From Armatimonadota bacterium (GTDB lineage: Bacteria > Armatimonadota > SYMT01): DNA of 64,000 bases. Positions 30,209-39,593 of this stretch are shown here, piece by piece. The position numbers and the translations under genes are program-made. The stretch is taken from NCBI GenBank assembly GCA_041690135.1, contig JAWLHY010000009.1:224001-288000 (forward strand), given 5' to 3'. Each line of letters starts with the position of its first letter. Position 1 is the stretch's first letter. The notes below the pieces were generated by a model, which was not told the DNA's origin, searched no databases, and worked only from the letters and a program-made list of their open reading frames with translations.

Positions 30209-31546
30209 ATGTCTCAACAGCCTCGACCGATTCGTGTCCTGCACATCATCACCCGGATGGTGCGGGGGGGAGCTCAAGAGAATACACTGGCCAACGTGGC
30301 CGGTCTCCACGGGCCGGAGTGGGAGAGTTGCCTGGTTACGGGTCCAGCTCTGGGGCCGGAGGGGAGCCTGGAAACCAAGTGCGAGGCGGCCGGGATCCGG
30401 ATGCTCCATGTGCCCTCGCTGGTCCGGGAGATTTCGCCCCGCCAGGACCGCATTGCGCTGGCGCACCTGGTCCGCATCCTCCGGCAGGAGCGTCCTCACC
30501 TCGTCCACACCCATACCTCGAAGGCGGGAATCCTGGGTCGGCTCGCAGCCCGGATTGCCCGCGTTCCGGTGGTGATCCACACCCCCCACGGTCACGTGTT
30601 CCACAGTTACGAAGGCAAGCTGAAGTCGAAGGTCTTCGTGGGCGTGGAACGTAGCTGCGCCTCCATGGCACAGCGACTGGTGGCGCTCACCGACCGCGAA
30701 ATGCAGGAGCACCTTGAACTGGGGGTAGGCCGTCCGGAGCAGTGGTCGATCATCCACAGCGGCGTCGACTTCCGGCCGTTCGAAGCGGCCCGGGGCGGCG
30801 GTGAGCGCGTGCGGGCGGAACTGGGAATCCCTCCCCAGGCGCCGGTGGTCGGCACGGTGGGGCGCCTGGTGGCCATCAAGGGGCAGGAATTCCTCCTGGA
30901 AGCGGCGGCATCCCTGGCCGGGGAGTTTCCGGACCTGCATCTGCTCATGGTGGGGGACGGTCCACTCCGCACCCAACTGTTGGAAATGGCGCGGGGGGCC
31001 GGCCTGAACACCGTCGAACATCCCGCGCCGGGTGTTGCAGGGGAAACGTTAAGAACGTCCGGAAGCGCGGCCCCGGCTCCGACCGTGCATTTTGTGGGTC
31101 TCCGGAAGGACGTGGGTCGGATGCTGTCGGCGATGGACGTGTTCGCTCTTCCATCGCTCAACGAGGGAATGGGGCGCGTGCTGGTGGAAGCGATGGCCAT
31201 GGAGCTTCCCTGCGTGGCTTCCCAGGTCAGTGGGATTCCGGACGTCGTGGAAGACGGGTCCACCGGATTGCTGGTCCCCGCGCGCGACGCCGCTTCCCTG
31301 AGTGGGGCTCTCCGTCGCCTACTCGCATCTCCGGACCTGGCCCGCGCCATGGGGCAGCGGGGTCGGGCTCGCGCGGTTCCCGGTTACAGCGTGGAGGAAA
31401 TGCTGGCGCAGTTGGAGAGGCTCTACCGACAAGCGCTCCGGGAGCGCGGGATAGTGCCCCCCGCGGCGACCGAAAATATCGACCCGGGGGACTGCAGACG
31501 TACTTTGCCCGTCGCTGATGGGGGAGAGGCTGTAAGCCGAAGATAA
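30209..31546 (+). CDS. Glycosyltransferase family 4
   Basis: GGAQENT, HTHTSKAG, HTPHG, NEGMGRVLVEAMA. Confidence 0.92.
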   Translation: MSQQPRPIRVLHIITRMVRGGAQENTLANVAGLHGPEWESCLVTGPALGPEGSLETKCEAAGIRMLHVPSLVREISPRQDRIALAHLVRILRQERPHLVHTHTSKAGILGRLAARIARVPVVIHTPHGHVFHSYEGKLKSKVFVGVERSCASMAQRLVALTDREMQEHLELGVGRPEQWSIIHSGVDFRPFEAARGGGERVRAELGIPPQAPVVGTVGRLVAIKGQEFLLEAAASLAGEFPDLHLLMVGDGPLRTQLLEMARGAGLNTVEHPAPGVAGETLRTSGSAAPAPTVHFVGLRKDVGRMLSAMDVFALPSLNEGMGRVLVEAMAMELPCVASQVSGIPDVVEDGSTGLLVPARDAASLSGALRRLLASPDLARAMGQRGRARAVPGYSVEEMLAQLERLYRQALRERGIVPPAATENIDPGDCRRTLPVADGGEAVSRR

Positions 31547-31616
31547 GGGTTGGACATCGGTGGGGGCTGCGGGAACGTCGCTGGCCGGAGCCGCAAAGAG
31601 CCAAGGAGTTAGGACG

Positions 31617-32618
31617 ATGAAAGTACTGGTCACCGGCGGAGCCGGTTACATCGGATCGAACCTGGTGGACACGCTGATGGCGCGTGGTGACGAGGTTTTC
31701 ATCATCGACAATCTGTCGACCGGACGGATCCAGAACATCCGCCATCACCTGGACAACCCGCGGTTCCACTTCGTCAATGACACGATCCTCTCGCTCGGCA
31801 CGCTCGAGCGCCTGGTGGATCAGGTAGACCTCATCTACCACCTGGCGGCGGCCGTCGGTGTCAAGTACATCGTGGACGATCCGATCGGGACGATCACCAC
31901 GAACGTGCGCGGCACCGAGAACGTGTTGGCGATGGCCTACCGGTACTGGAAGCGCGTGGTGGTGGCCTCCACCAGCGAAGTGTACGGCAAGTCGACGGGC
32001 GGCGCGCTCCGCGAGGACCAGGACCGCGTGCTGGGTCCGACCACGATCAACCGGTGGGCGTACAGCGCCTCCAAGGCGATCGACGAGCACATGGCCTACG
32101 CCTATTTCCGGGGCGGACTGCCGGTCTCCATCGTCCGGTATTTCAACTCCTACGGTCCGCGGGTGAATGAAGACGGCTACGGCAGCGTCATCGCGAACTT
32201 CATCCGCCAGGCGTTGACGGGGCAACCTCTCACTGTCCACGGCGACGGCAGCCAGACGCGCTGCTTCACCTTCGTAGAAGACACGGTGCGGGGTACGATG
32301 TATGCGGGCGAGAAACCCGAGGCCTTGGGGGAGGCGTTCAATGTCGGCGCCGAACACGAAGTGACCATTCTGGAACTTGCTCACCTGATCCGGGACATGA
32401 GCGAGTCGCAGAGCGAAGTCGTCTGCATGCCGTATCGCGATTACTACGGACATAGCTACGAAGACACTCCCCGGCGCCGCCCGGACATGGGCAAGTCGGA
32501 AAGACTGCTCGGTTTTACGGCACAGGTAGGACTGGAAGAGGGTTTGCGGCGCACACTGGCCTGGTGCCGGGACAACTACGAGCTGCGCCGCCCGCTGGGC
32601 GCGCCTGCTTCAAGATGA
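31617..32618 (+). CDS. NAD-dependent epimerase/dehydratase (UDP-glucuronate decarboxylase-like)
   Basis: TGGAGYIG, HLAAAVGV, STSEVYGK, YSASK, QTRCFTFV. Confidence 0.88.
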   Translation: MKVLVTGGAGYIGSNLVDTLMARGDEVFIIDNLSTGRIQNIRHHLDNPRFHFVNDTILSLGTLERLVDQVDLIYHLAAAVGVKYIVDDPIGTITTNVRGTENVLAMAYRYWKRVVVASTSEVYGKSTGGALREDQDRVLGPTTINRWAYSASKAIDEHMAYAYFRGGLPVSIVRYFNSYGPRVNEDGYGSVIANFIRQALTGQPLTVHGDGSQTRCFTFVEDTVRGTMYAGEKPEALGEAFNVGAEHEVTILELAHLIRDMSESQSEVVCMPYRDYYGHSYEDTPRRRPDMGKSERLLGFTAQVGLEEGLRRTLAWCRDNYELRRPLGAPASR

Positions 32619-32634
32619 AAATGGCTATTGGCTG

Positions 32635-33360
32635 ATGTTACCTGCTAGATTTGCCGACGCGCTTTTCAAGAACTCGCGGATCCTGGTGATCTCGCCTCAC
32701 GCCGATGATGAGACTTTCGGGTGTGGCGGCACCATGGCTCGGGCCAAAGCGCTCGGTGCCGAAGTGTACGTAATCGTCGCGTCCGTTGCCAACCTGGAAC
32801 ACTACAGTTCCGAGCACGCGCACGTTACCGGTCATACGCGTGGCGAGGAGTTCCGGAACGCGATGGCGGTTCTGGGGGTGGACGATACGGACATCCTTTA
32901 CACGGATGACCAGACCCATCTCCGTCTCGACGCGATTCCGCGCCGGGACCTGGTGGCCAAGCTCGAGCGGGACAGCCCCCTGGCGATCGACCGGATCAAG
33001 CCCGACGTGCTGCTCTTCCCGGCCGTGTCGTACAACCAGGACCACGAGGCGATTTATAAGGCTGTTTACGCCGCCTGCCGCCCGCATCTAGCGGAGGACA
33101 AGCCGTTCGTGCGTGCCGTGTTCTGCTACGATCAGCCTCAGTTGGGATGGAACCATACCAAGTTCCGGCCAAGTGTTTACGTAGATATCTCGGACTATCT
33201 GGGCAAGAAACTGGAAGCTTACCGCTGCCATGCTTCGCAGGTGAGACCGGAGCCGCATCACGCCTCCGTGGAGAATGTGGAACGCCTGGCGCGCCTGCGC
33301 GGCAGCGAAGTTTCCACCTACGCGGCAGAAGCGTTCGAATGCCATCGGCTGGTGATTTAA
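32635..33360 (+). CDS. PIG-L/LmbE family deacetylase
   Basis: SPHADDETFGCGG, NQDH, YVDIS, AEAF. Confidence 0.9.
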   Translation: MLPARFADALFKNSRILVISPHADDETFGCGGTMARAKALGAEVYVIVASVANLEHYSSEHAHVTGHTRGEEFRNAMAVLGVDDTDILYTDDQTHLRLDAIPRRDLVAKLERDSPLAIDRIKPDVLLFPAVSYNQDHEAIYKAVYAACRPHLAEDKPFVRAVFCYDQPQLGWNHTKFRPSVYVDISDYLGKKLEAYRCHASQVRPEPHHASVENVERLARLRGSEVSTYAAEAFECHRLVI

Positions 33361-33364
33361 CGCC

Positions 33365-34069
33365 ATGCGGGTCGGAATCCACCAACCGCATTACCTGCCC
33401 TGGTTGCGTTACTTCGAGAAGATTGCTCGGAGCGATGTCTTTATCGTGCTGGATGACGTGCAGTATGAAAAGAACGGCTTCCAGAACCGCAATAAGATCA
33501 AGACGGCGCAGGGGTGGACTTACCTCACCGTACCCGTGAAGCGTCCCACGCTGCGCCCCATCCACGAGATCGAGATCGAGTGCAGCAGTGGTTGGCGGGA
33601 GAAGCACGCCCGGGCGCTGGAGATGAACTACCGGAAGGCGCCGTACTTCGAACGCTATTGGCCCGAGTTAAACGACCTCTTCCAGCGGGAGTGGACCCAC
33701 CTGGCCGCGCTGAACGAGGCCATGATGCGGCTCTTCATGGGTCAACTCGGCATCGAGACCCGGTTAGTCAACAGCCGCGACATTCCCACCACCGGCACGT
33801 CGACGGACCGCCTGGTAGAGCTTTGTCGCTCCGTGGGGGGGACGGAGTACCTCTCCGGCGCCTACGCGGTGCAGGCGTACCTCGATCCGACCGCGATGGA
33901 AGCGGCCGGGATTCGCCTTGCCTTCCAGGAATGGACGGCCCCCACCTATCCGCAATTGTACCCGTCCGCCGGGTTCATCCCGGATCTCGGCGTCGTCGAT
34001 CTGCTGTTCAACGCAGGGCCCCGGGCGCTGGAGCTGCTCCTGGCCGCGGGGAGCGTAAGCTACCCGTGA
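33365..34069 (+). CDS. WbqC family protein
   Basis: IHQPHYLPW..YFEK, QNRNKI, YRKAPYF, YPQ, DLLFN.G. Confidence 0.92.
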   Translation: MRVGIHQPHYLPWLRYFEKIARSDVFIVLDDVQYEKNGFQNRNKIKTAQGWTYLTVPVKRPTLRPIHEIEIECSSGWREKHARALEMNYRKAPYFERYWPELNDLFQREWTHLAALNEAMMRLFMGQLGIETRLVNSRDIPTTGTSTDRLVELCRSVGGTEYLSGAYAVQAYLDPTAMEAAGIRLAFQEWTAPTYPQLYPSAGFIPDLGVVDLLFNAGPRALELLLAAGSVSYP

Positions 34070-35427
34070 GCCCCGTGGCTGCGGGCGGGAGAGTCGGGGA
34101 AGCGTGGGGGAGATCGCCCTTCCGTCGCCTGCTGTACGCAGCTTTCGGAGTGCTCCTCACCGCCCTGTTCTTTACCGTACCGACGCCCGACCGGGGCCTG
34201 TGGGACCGCGCCTACCTCGCTAACCTGCCGATGCCCACGCGAGCGGCATGGGAAGGCAGTCTTCACGGAGCCGACCATTTGCCCGGCCGGAAGTTTCCTC
34301 CGGTGACTCCGGAAGCGCCCGCCGGTGTCGGCGCCTACCTCGATACCGGCTGCGCCCGGCCCCACATTCCTCGCGCACTGGACGCACTGGAAGACCTGGG
34401 TCTCACGTGGGCCCGCACGGAGATCCCCTGGGCGGGGGTTGAACCAATGCCCGGACACTGGGAGTGGGAACGTTGGGACCGGGTGGTCGACGGGCTCCGC
34501 TCGCGCCGCTATCGCGTGCTCGGGATGCTCTGCTACTGGACTGGCGGCGTGGAGCCCTACTCAGATCGGGCCATCGAGCGCTTCGGCCGGTATGCGGAGG
34601 CAGTCGCACGCCGGTACCGCGGTCGCGTGGATCACTGGGAGGTCTGGAACGAGCCGAACTCGACCACCTTCTGGACGGCCAGCCCGGAGCAGTACGTGCG
34701 GCTGCTGAAATCCGCTTACCGGGGCGTCAAACGCGGCAATCCGGAGGCTACGGTCATCGGCGGGAGCCTCTCCGGCGTGGACCTGGTATTCCTGCGGAAG
34801 ATGCTCGATGCGGGTGCCGCGGAATGGATGGATGCCCTTGCGGTGCACCCGTATTTCTTTGGCTGGGCCCCCGAGAGCACCCGGCTTCTACAAGAACTCC
34901 GGGGTGCGGCCGCAATGATGCACGCAGCGGGAAAGTCTCCCGGCCTCTGGGTCACGGAGATCGGAACGACGACCTGGAACGACGCCAAGGCAGCCGATTG
35001 GCTGCAGCGGGCGGTGATCCTGACCTCCCAGTCGCGAGCCGTGGACGCCTGGTTCTGGTTCACGCTTTACCTGACCGAGCCGAGCGCCTATGCACTCTAC
35101 CGTTCGGACTGGAGCCCACGTCCATCAGCCCAGGCCTACCGCCATCTGATGCGGCGCCTTTCGGGAGCGCGACCTACTGGTTCCGGTTTGCCGGGAGATC
35201 TCACTCCGCCCTGGGGATCCGGTCACCCCGCCGCGTGGAGCCCTCCGCAGGCCTGGGCTTTCCGGAAGGGACGGGAGATGCTTCTTACCGCCTGGGCCGG
35301 AGAGGGGAGGGTCGAACTTTCGCCGGAGGTCACGGGATCGCAGACCCGGACCCAGCTCACAGCCACTCCCCAGTGGTTGGACCGCGAATTCGCAGGTTTC
35401 GCTGGCAGCAACCCTGATGGAGAGTAA
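34066..35427 (+). CDS. Membrane-anchored clan GH-A glycoside hydrolase (GH39/GH5-like)
   Basis: N-terminal TM, WEVWNEPN (acid/base), AVHPY, WVTEIG (nucleophile). Confidence 0.82.
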   Translation: MSPVAAGGRVGEAWGRSPFRRLLYAAFGVLLTALFFTVPTPDRGLWDRAYLANLPMPTRAAWEGSLHGADHLPGRKFPPVTPEAPAGVGAYLDTGCARPHIPRALDALEDLGLTWARTEIPWAGVEPMPGHWEWERWDRVVDGLRSRRYRVLGMLCYWTGGVEPYSDRAIERFGRYAEAVARRYRGRVDHWEVWNEPNSTTFWTASPEQYVRLLKSAYRGVKRGNPEATVIGGSLSGVDLVFLRKMLDAGAAEWMDALAVHPYFFGWAPESTRLLQELRGAAAMMHAAGKSPGLWVTEIGTTTWNDAKAADWLQRAVILTSQSRAVDAWFWFTLYLTEPSAYALYRSDWSPRPSAQAYRHLMRRLSGARPTGSGLPGDLTPPWGSGHPAAWSPPQAWAFRKGREMLLTAWAGEGRVELSPEVTGSQTRTQLTATPQWLDREFAGFAGSNPDGE

Positions 35428-36949
35428 GGAGCCGCGGACGAAACCTGGGCTCACGGCGGCGGCGTTGCTCACGTTGTTCGTCGGACGATGGCTGGCGCTG
35501 GGGGCCACGGTCTATTTCTCGTTCTTCCACTGGATGCGATCGGAGTACCTGGTCTTCAGCCACGTCTGGCAGTACGGCCTGCCTCTCCTCGACCCGCGTG
35601 TCACCGCCGCCCTGCTCTGGGCTCTCCAATTCTGGGTATTCCTCGTGCTGCTGGTCCTCCCTGCGGCACGCTGGCTCGCCGCCCGCCTCCCATTCCAAGG
35701 GACCGGATGGTGGCTCGCGGCCGCAGGCCTCTCGTTGGCACTCGGCACGCGCGGAGTGGTGGGGCCGTTAGTCACGCGCGCTGTGACGGCGCATCCGGTC
35801 CGCATCCTGCCCGGCGGAGGCGAGGACCTCCTTTCCCCTCTCACCGAGGTCCACCTGGCGCGCTGGATCGTGGCGCTCACGGAGGCCTGGTGGCTGGTCC
35901 CGCTGCTGGCGGTTGCCCTTCGTCAATTGGAGAACACCCCGGTTAGTTGGCTACGGCGGGGTTGGCCGCTGCTCGCCCTGCTCGGCCTGTATGCGCTTCT
36001 CCAGGCCCCGGACGCACCCTACTTGCTTACGGGAGGAGGGCCGCGGGGCGCAACTACCAACCTCCAGCTTCTCGCCTTCCAATTGGCTTTCGGCGCCCAG
36101 GAGTTCGGTTACGCCTCCGTCCTGACGACGCTACTCTGCTGTGTCGGTCTGCTCGGTGGTGGGGTCCTCCTCCGCGCGCTCCGCACGGTCCCGCCATCCG
36201 CAGAGCGGCCCGCACCAAGGTCTGTGTCACCCGGAATGGAGTGGTCGTGGGTGATGCTTCCGGCGGCAAGCCTGGTGGTGCTAGCTCTCGCCTGGAGCCG
36301 GAACCCCCCGGAAACATCCGCCGATCCCCAGTTCCCCATCCACGCACTGACCAGCTTTGCCGGCGCCATTGCGGCCGCCGGTTGGAGTGCGGTCCTGATT
36401 GCCGCTTTGTGGAACTGGATGCGGGCTGCGAGCTTCCGCCGGGTTCGGACCGCATGGGCGTTGCTGCCGGTGGTCTTCCCTCCGCTGGTCTGGGTCTTGC
36501 CGGCCGTGCGGGTACTGGGGGAGCAGCAGGGAGGCGTGGATGTGGTGGCGGGACCGGCCGGCCTGGTATTCGGCGTCCCCTACCTCTACCTGGGACTGGC
36601 GGTTCTGGCCATCGGTCGCTGCGCCGGACTCTCCGAAAGGCGGGCCATGCTTGCCGCCGGAGCGGCGGTGGCCTGGGGGACGTGGACGGATCTGACCCTC
36701 TCGCTGATGCTGACCCAACAGGCGCAGAACGTGGTCCACCTTCCGAGCGCGATGGTCTGGAATCTGTCCTTGCACCTCTGGCGTTCTCCGCTTTCCGTAC
36801 CCGGCTGGCCTATTGCCTGGCTCGGAGGCACGCTGTTTGCCCTGGCGACCCTCACTCTACTGCATGAGCGGCCCCCGCAACCGGCGGCCGCAGGAGTTGA
36901 CGATGAACTCGATGATCCCTCACAGCCGGCCTACCCTTCCCGCGCCTGA
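35417..36949 (+). CDS. Membrane protein resembling a degenerate fused carbohydrate ABC permease (MalF+MalG-like)
   Basis: YLLTGGGPRGAT..L...AF...AF...EFGYAS; second half WTDLTLSLML...LP. Confidence 0.5.
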   Translation: MESKEPRTKPGLTAAALLTLFVGRWLALGATVYFSFFHWMRSEYLVFSHVWQYGLPLLDPRVTAALLWALQFWVFLVLLVLPAARWLAARLPFQGTGWWLAAAGLSLALGTRGVVGPLVTRAVTAHPVRILPGGGEDLLSPLTEVHLARWIVALTEAWWLVPLLAVALRQLENTPVSWLRRGWPLLALLGLYALLQAPDAPYLLTGGGPRGATTNLQLLAFQLAFGAQEFGYASVLTTLLCCVGLLGGGVLLRALRTVPPSAERPAPRSVSPGMEWSWVMLPAASLVVLALAWSRNPPETSADPQFPIHALTSFAGAIAAAGWSAVLIAALWNWMRAASFRRVRTAWALLPVVFPPLVWVLPAVRVLGEQQGGVDVVAGPAGLVFGVPYLYLGLAVLAIGRCAGLSERRAMLAAGAAVAWGTWTDLTLSLMLTQQAQNVVHLPSAMVWNLSLHLWRSPLSVPGWPIAWLGGTLFALATLTLLHERPPQPAAAGVDDELDDPSQPAYPSRA

Positions 36950-38069
36950 CGAATGGGGAGGGGTGATGTCGGGACTGGCTCCCGGTTGGGTGGCCGATGG
37001 CCCATGCACCACTGCCTTTGAGAGCGCGGTGGCCGCCTATCTGGGGTGTGCGAGGGGTGTTGCAGTGAACTCCGGCACGAATGCCCTGCACCTGGCGCTG
37101 GCCGCGGCCGGGGTGAAGGCGGGCACGGAGGTGTTGATTCCCGCTTACTGTTGCGCTGCGGTTCTGAACGCCGTGCACCAGGCCGGCGCCCAGCCGGTAC
37201 TCGTCGATGCGGAGCCGGGTGGCTTCAACCTCTGCCCCCGCGATGCGCTACGGCGCCGGACCGCACAAACCCGTGCGGTGGTGGTGGCGCATCTGTTTGG
37301 AGAGCCGGCGCCCGTCGAGGCCTTCCGAGCCCTCGAGGTGCCTATCATCGAGGATTGCGCCCAGTCCCTGGGGGCCCGCCGGAAAGGTATCTACTCCGGC
37401 GGCCTGGGGGACTTTGCGATCACGTCCTTCTTCGCCACCAAGGTGATCACGACCGGACACGGGGGATTCGCGGGTGCGGCCTCCCCCGAGCGGGCGGCGG
37501 TGCTGCAGGATCTCGTGGACTACGACAACCGGGATACCTGGCAACCCCGGTTCAGCTACCGTATCAGCGAGATGCAGGCTGCCCTCGGATTGTCACAAAT
37601 TGATCAACTCCCCCGCTTCCTGCACTGCCGGCGGCAGGTCGCCGACTATTATGATGTGAGCCTGATCCAAAGGGGAGCGAGCCGGGAAGGGCTTCGCGGG
37701 CGAGGAGCGCCACTGCGGTTGACCGGGAGGGCAGAGGAGGCCGGACCGGGCGGTAGTGAACCCGCAGCGGCTGTGCATGCGGCGGCACCGGGCGAGGGAG
37801 AGACGGACCGCGAGCGCATCTTCTACCGGTACGTGCTGCGGTTACCCGACGCGGAGCGGATTATCACCGGCTTGCGAGAGCTGGGAGTAGACGCCAAACG
37901 CCCCGTTTATCGGCCGCTGCACCACTATCTGGGAGGGAGCTACCCCCACGCGGAGGCAGCGCATCGGGAGATCGTCAGTTTACCGATCTATCCCTCACTC
38001 GCTATGGCAGATGCCGAGCGGGTGGTTGCGGCGGTGCTGAAGGTCGCGGGAGAGGTTACCTCGTCCTGA
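36903..38069 (+). CDS. DegT/DnrJ/EryC1/StrS PLP-dependent sugar aminotransferase
   Basis: NSGTNALHLAL, IIEDCAQSLG, SFFATKVITTGHGG, SLPIYP. Confidence 0.92.
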   Translation: MNSMIPHSRPTLPAPDEWGGVMSGLAPGWVADGPCTTAFESAVAAYLGCARGVAVNSGTNALHLALAAAGVKAGTEVLIPAYCCAAVLNAVHQAGAQPVLVDAEPGGFNLCPRDALRRRTAQTRAVVVAHLFGEPAPVEAFRALEVPIIEDCAQSLGARRKGIYSGGLGDFAITSFFATKVITTGHGGFAGAASPERAAVLQDLVDYDNRDTWQPRFSYRISEMQAALGLSQIDQLPRFLHCRRQVADYYDVSLIQRGASREGLRGRGAPLRLTGRAEEAGPGGSEPAAAVHAAAPGEGETDRERIFYRYVLRLPDAERIITGLRELGVDAKRPVYRPLHHYLGGSYPHAEAAHREIVSLPIYPSLAMADAERVVAAVLKVAGEVTSS

Positions 38070-38498
38070 TGGTCGATTCCTTCGTGAGCGTTTGCACGGT
38101 CGGTGTCTCGGCTGTATATCGCTATGGGTTGTGGCAAGGAGACTATGCCCTGCCCTGAAATGGTCCCGGCGACCTTTTCAGCCAGCTTTAGGCATTCGGT
38201 CGGGACTTAGCATCCGGCTGCCTGCTATACTTCGGAGAAGCCGGTGACATAGCTTGCAGCCTGGGGAATGGATCGCTTTCCTCCGCTCATTCAGGGGGTG
38301 GGGTGCCCTGGGTAGGATGTTCCGAAGCCCGAAGAGCGACCGGAGCCTCGATCCCTCCTGCGTGAAGAAAGCCGGCGGATGCCGGAATGCCAGGAAGGAA
38401 AGCGGGCGTTTCGTCGCCAATCGGTATAGTGGTGGTTTCATTTCCGGAAACGGACTGGCAGAAGCTGGAATAGTCGGCCCCTAAACGTAACAAAATTT

Positions 38499-39593
38499 AT
38501 GTTCCATCTGCCTGAAGCGATAGCTACTCCCATACTGGCCTTCTGCATCGCCGCGCTCACGATGCCCGCTCTCAACCGGATTGCGGTGATGACCGGTTTC
38601 GTGGATATTCCGAACGCTCGGAAGATTCACAGCCACCCCATTCCGCTCCTGGGCGGGATTGGGGTGTATGTGGGAGTGATGCTGACGCTCTTGTTGCGGG
38701 GGGAACTCGATCCGCGCGTGATGCTGATGATGGGGGCGTCGTTCCTGGTGATGCTGTTGGGCCTCGCCGACGACCGGCTCGATCTCCATTCGCGGTATCG
38801 GCTCTTCCTCCAGGTGGCGGTGGCGTTTGCGCTCGCGCTGGCGGGGGTGCGGTTCGAGATCTTTCCGTGGGAACCGCTCAACTACGTTGTCACCGTCCTC
38901 TGGGTGGTCGGCGTTATCAACGCCATGAACTGCCTGGACTGTGCGGATGGAGCGGCAGGCGGGACATGCCTGGTCGGGTTCAGCCTGATGGCCATCCTCG
39001 CTGGACTGAACGGCCGCTTCTTCGTATGCCAGGCTTCGCTGGCGTGCGTGGGGGCGATCCTCGGTTTCCTGGTCTACAACGTGCCGCCGGCGCGGGTGTT
39101 CCTGGGAGACACCGGCAGCACCTTCCTTGGATTGATGCTCGCCGTAACCGCGGTGCTGGCGGAACCCGGACGACCCGGACGGGAATGGGAAGGACTTCTG
39201 GCTCCGTTTGCGTTGACGATCCCTGTTTTCGACATCATTTGGGTGCATTACCGCCGCTACCAGGCGGGCATCCGATCCATCCGTGACCTGCTCTCATCAA
39301 CAGGTAAAGATCACTTGCCTCATCGACTGATGGCCCGAGGGCTTTCGAAGCCTGCTTGTATGGCTGTAGTTACTTTTCTTTCCGTGTTGGCGGCTGCCAG
39401 TGTCTGGGCATTGCGGAGCGGACTGTTTCCGGTTGCTCTGATGGCCTTCGTGGCGCTGGTTGCTTTCCTGTGGCATCTGGAAGAGAACGCTCAGGTCGTG
39501 ATCCGCCCGGAAGACCGCGTTGCTGTATTTGGACTGCGGAATGAACCTGCCGCGCTCCAGACGTCTCTTCAACACGAGGAGGGTGTTGCGTGA
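38499..39593 (+). CDS. MraY/WecA/TagO-like undecaprenyl-phosphate HexNAc-1-P transferase
   Basis: D.PNARKIH..PIPLLGG, GLADD, NAMNCLD, FLGDTGS, HLPHRL. Confidence 0.92.
   Translation: MFHLPEAIATPILAFCIAALTMPALNRIAVMTGFVDIPNARKIHSHPIPLLGGIGVYVGVMLTLLLRGELDPRVMLMMGASFLVMLLGLADDRLDLHSRYRLFLQVAVAFALALAGVRFEIFPWEPLNYVVTVLWVVGVINAMNCLDCADGAAGGTCLVGFSLMAILAGLNGRFFVCQASLACVGAILGFLVYNVPPARVFLGDTGSTFLGLMLAVTAVLAEPGRPGREWEGLLAPFALTIPVFDIIWVHYRRYQAGIRSIRDLLSSTGKDHLPHRLMARGLSKPACMAVVTFLSVLAAASVWALRSGLFPVALMAFVALVAFLWHLEENAQVVIRPEDRVAVFGLRNEPAALQTSLQHEEGVA

Noticed and set aside
38070-38498. ncRNA or small gene in the 430-bp gap before the WecA-like gene
   Set aside because: No long nested helices or credible ORF seen; TATACT and TATAGT boxes suggest an ordinary promoter region.
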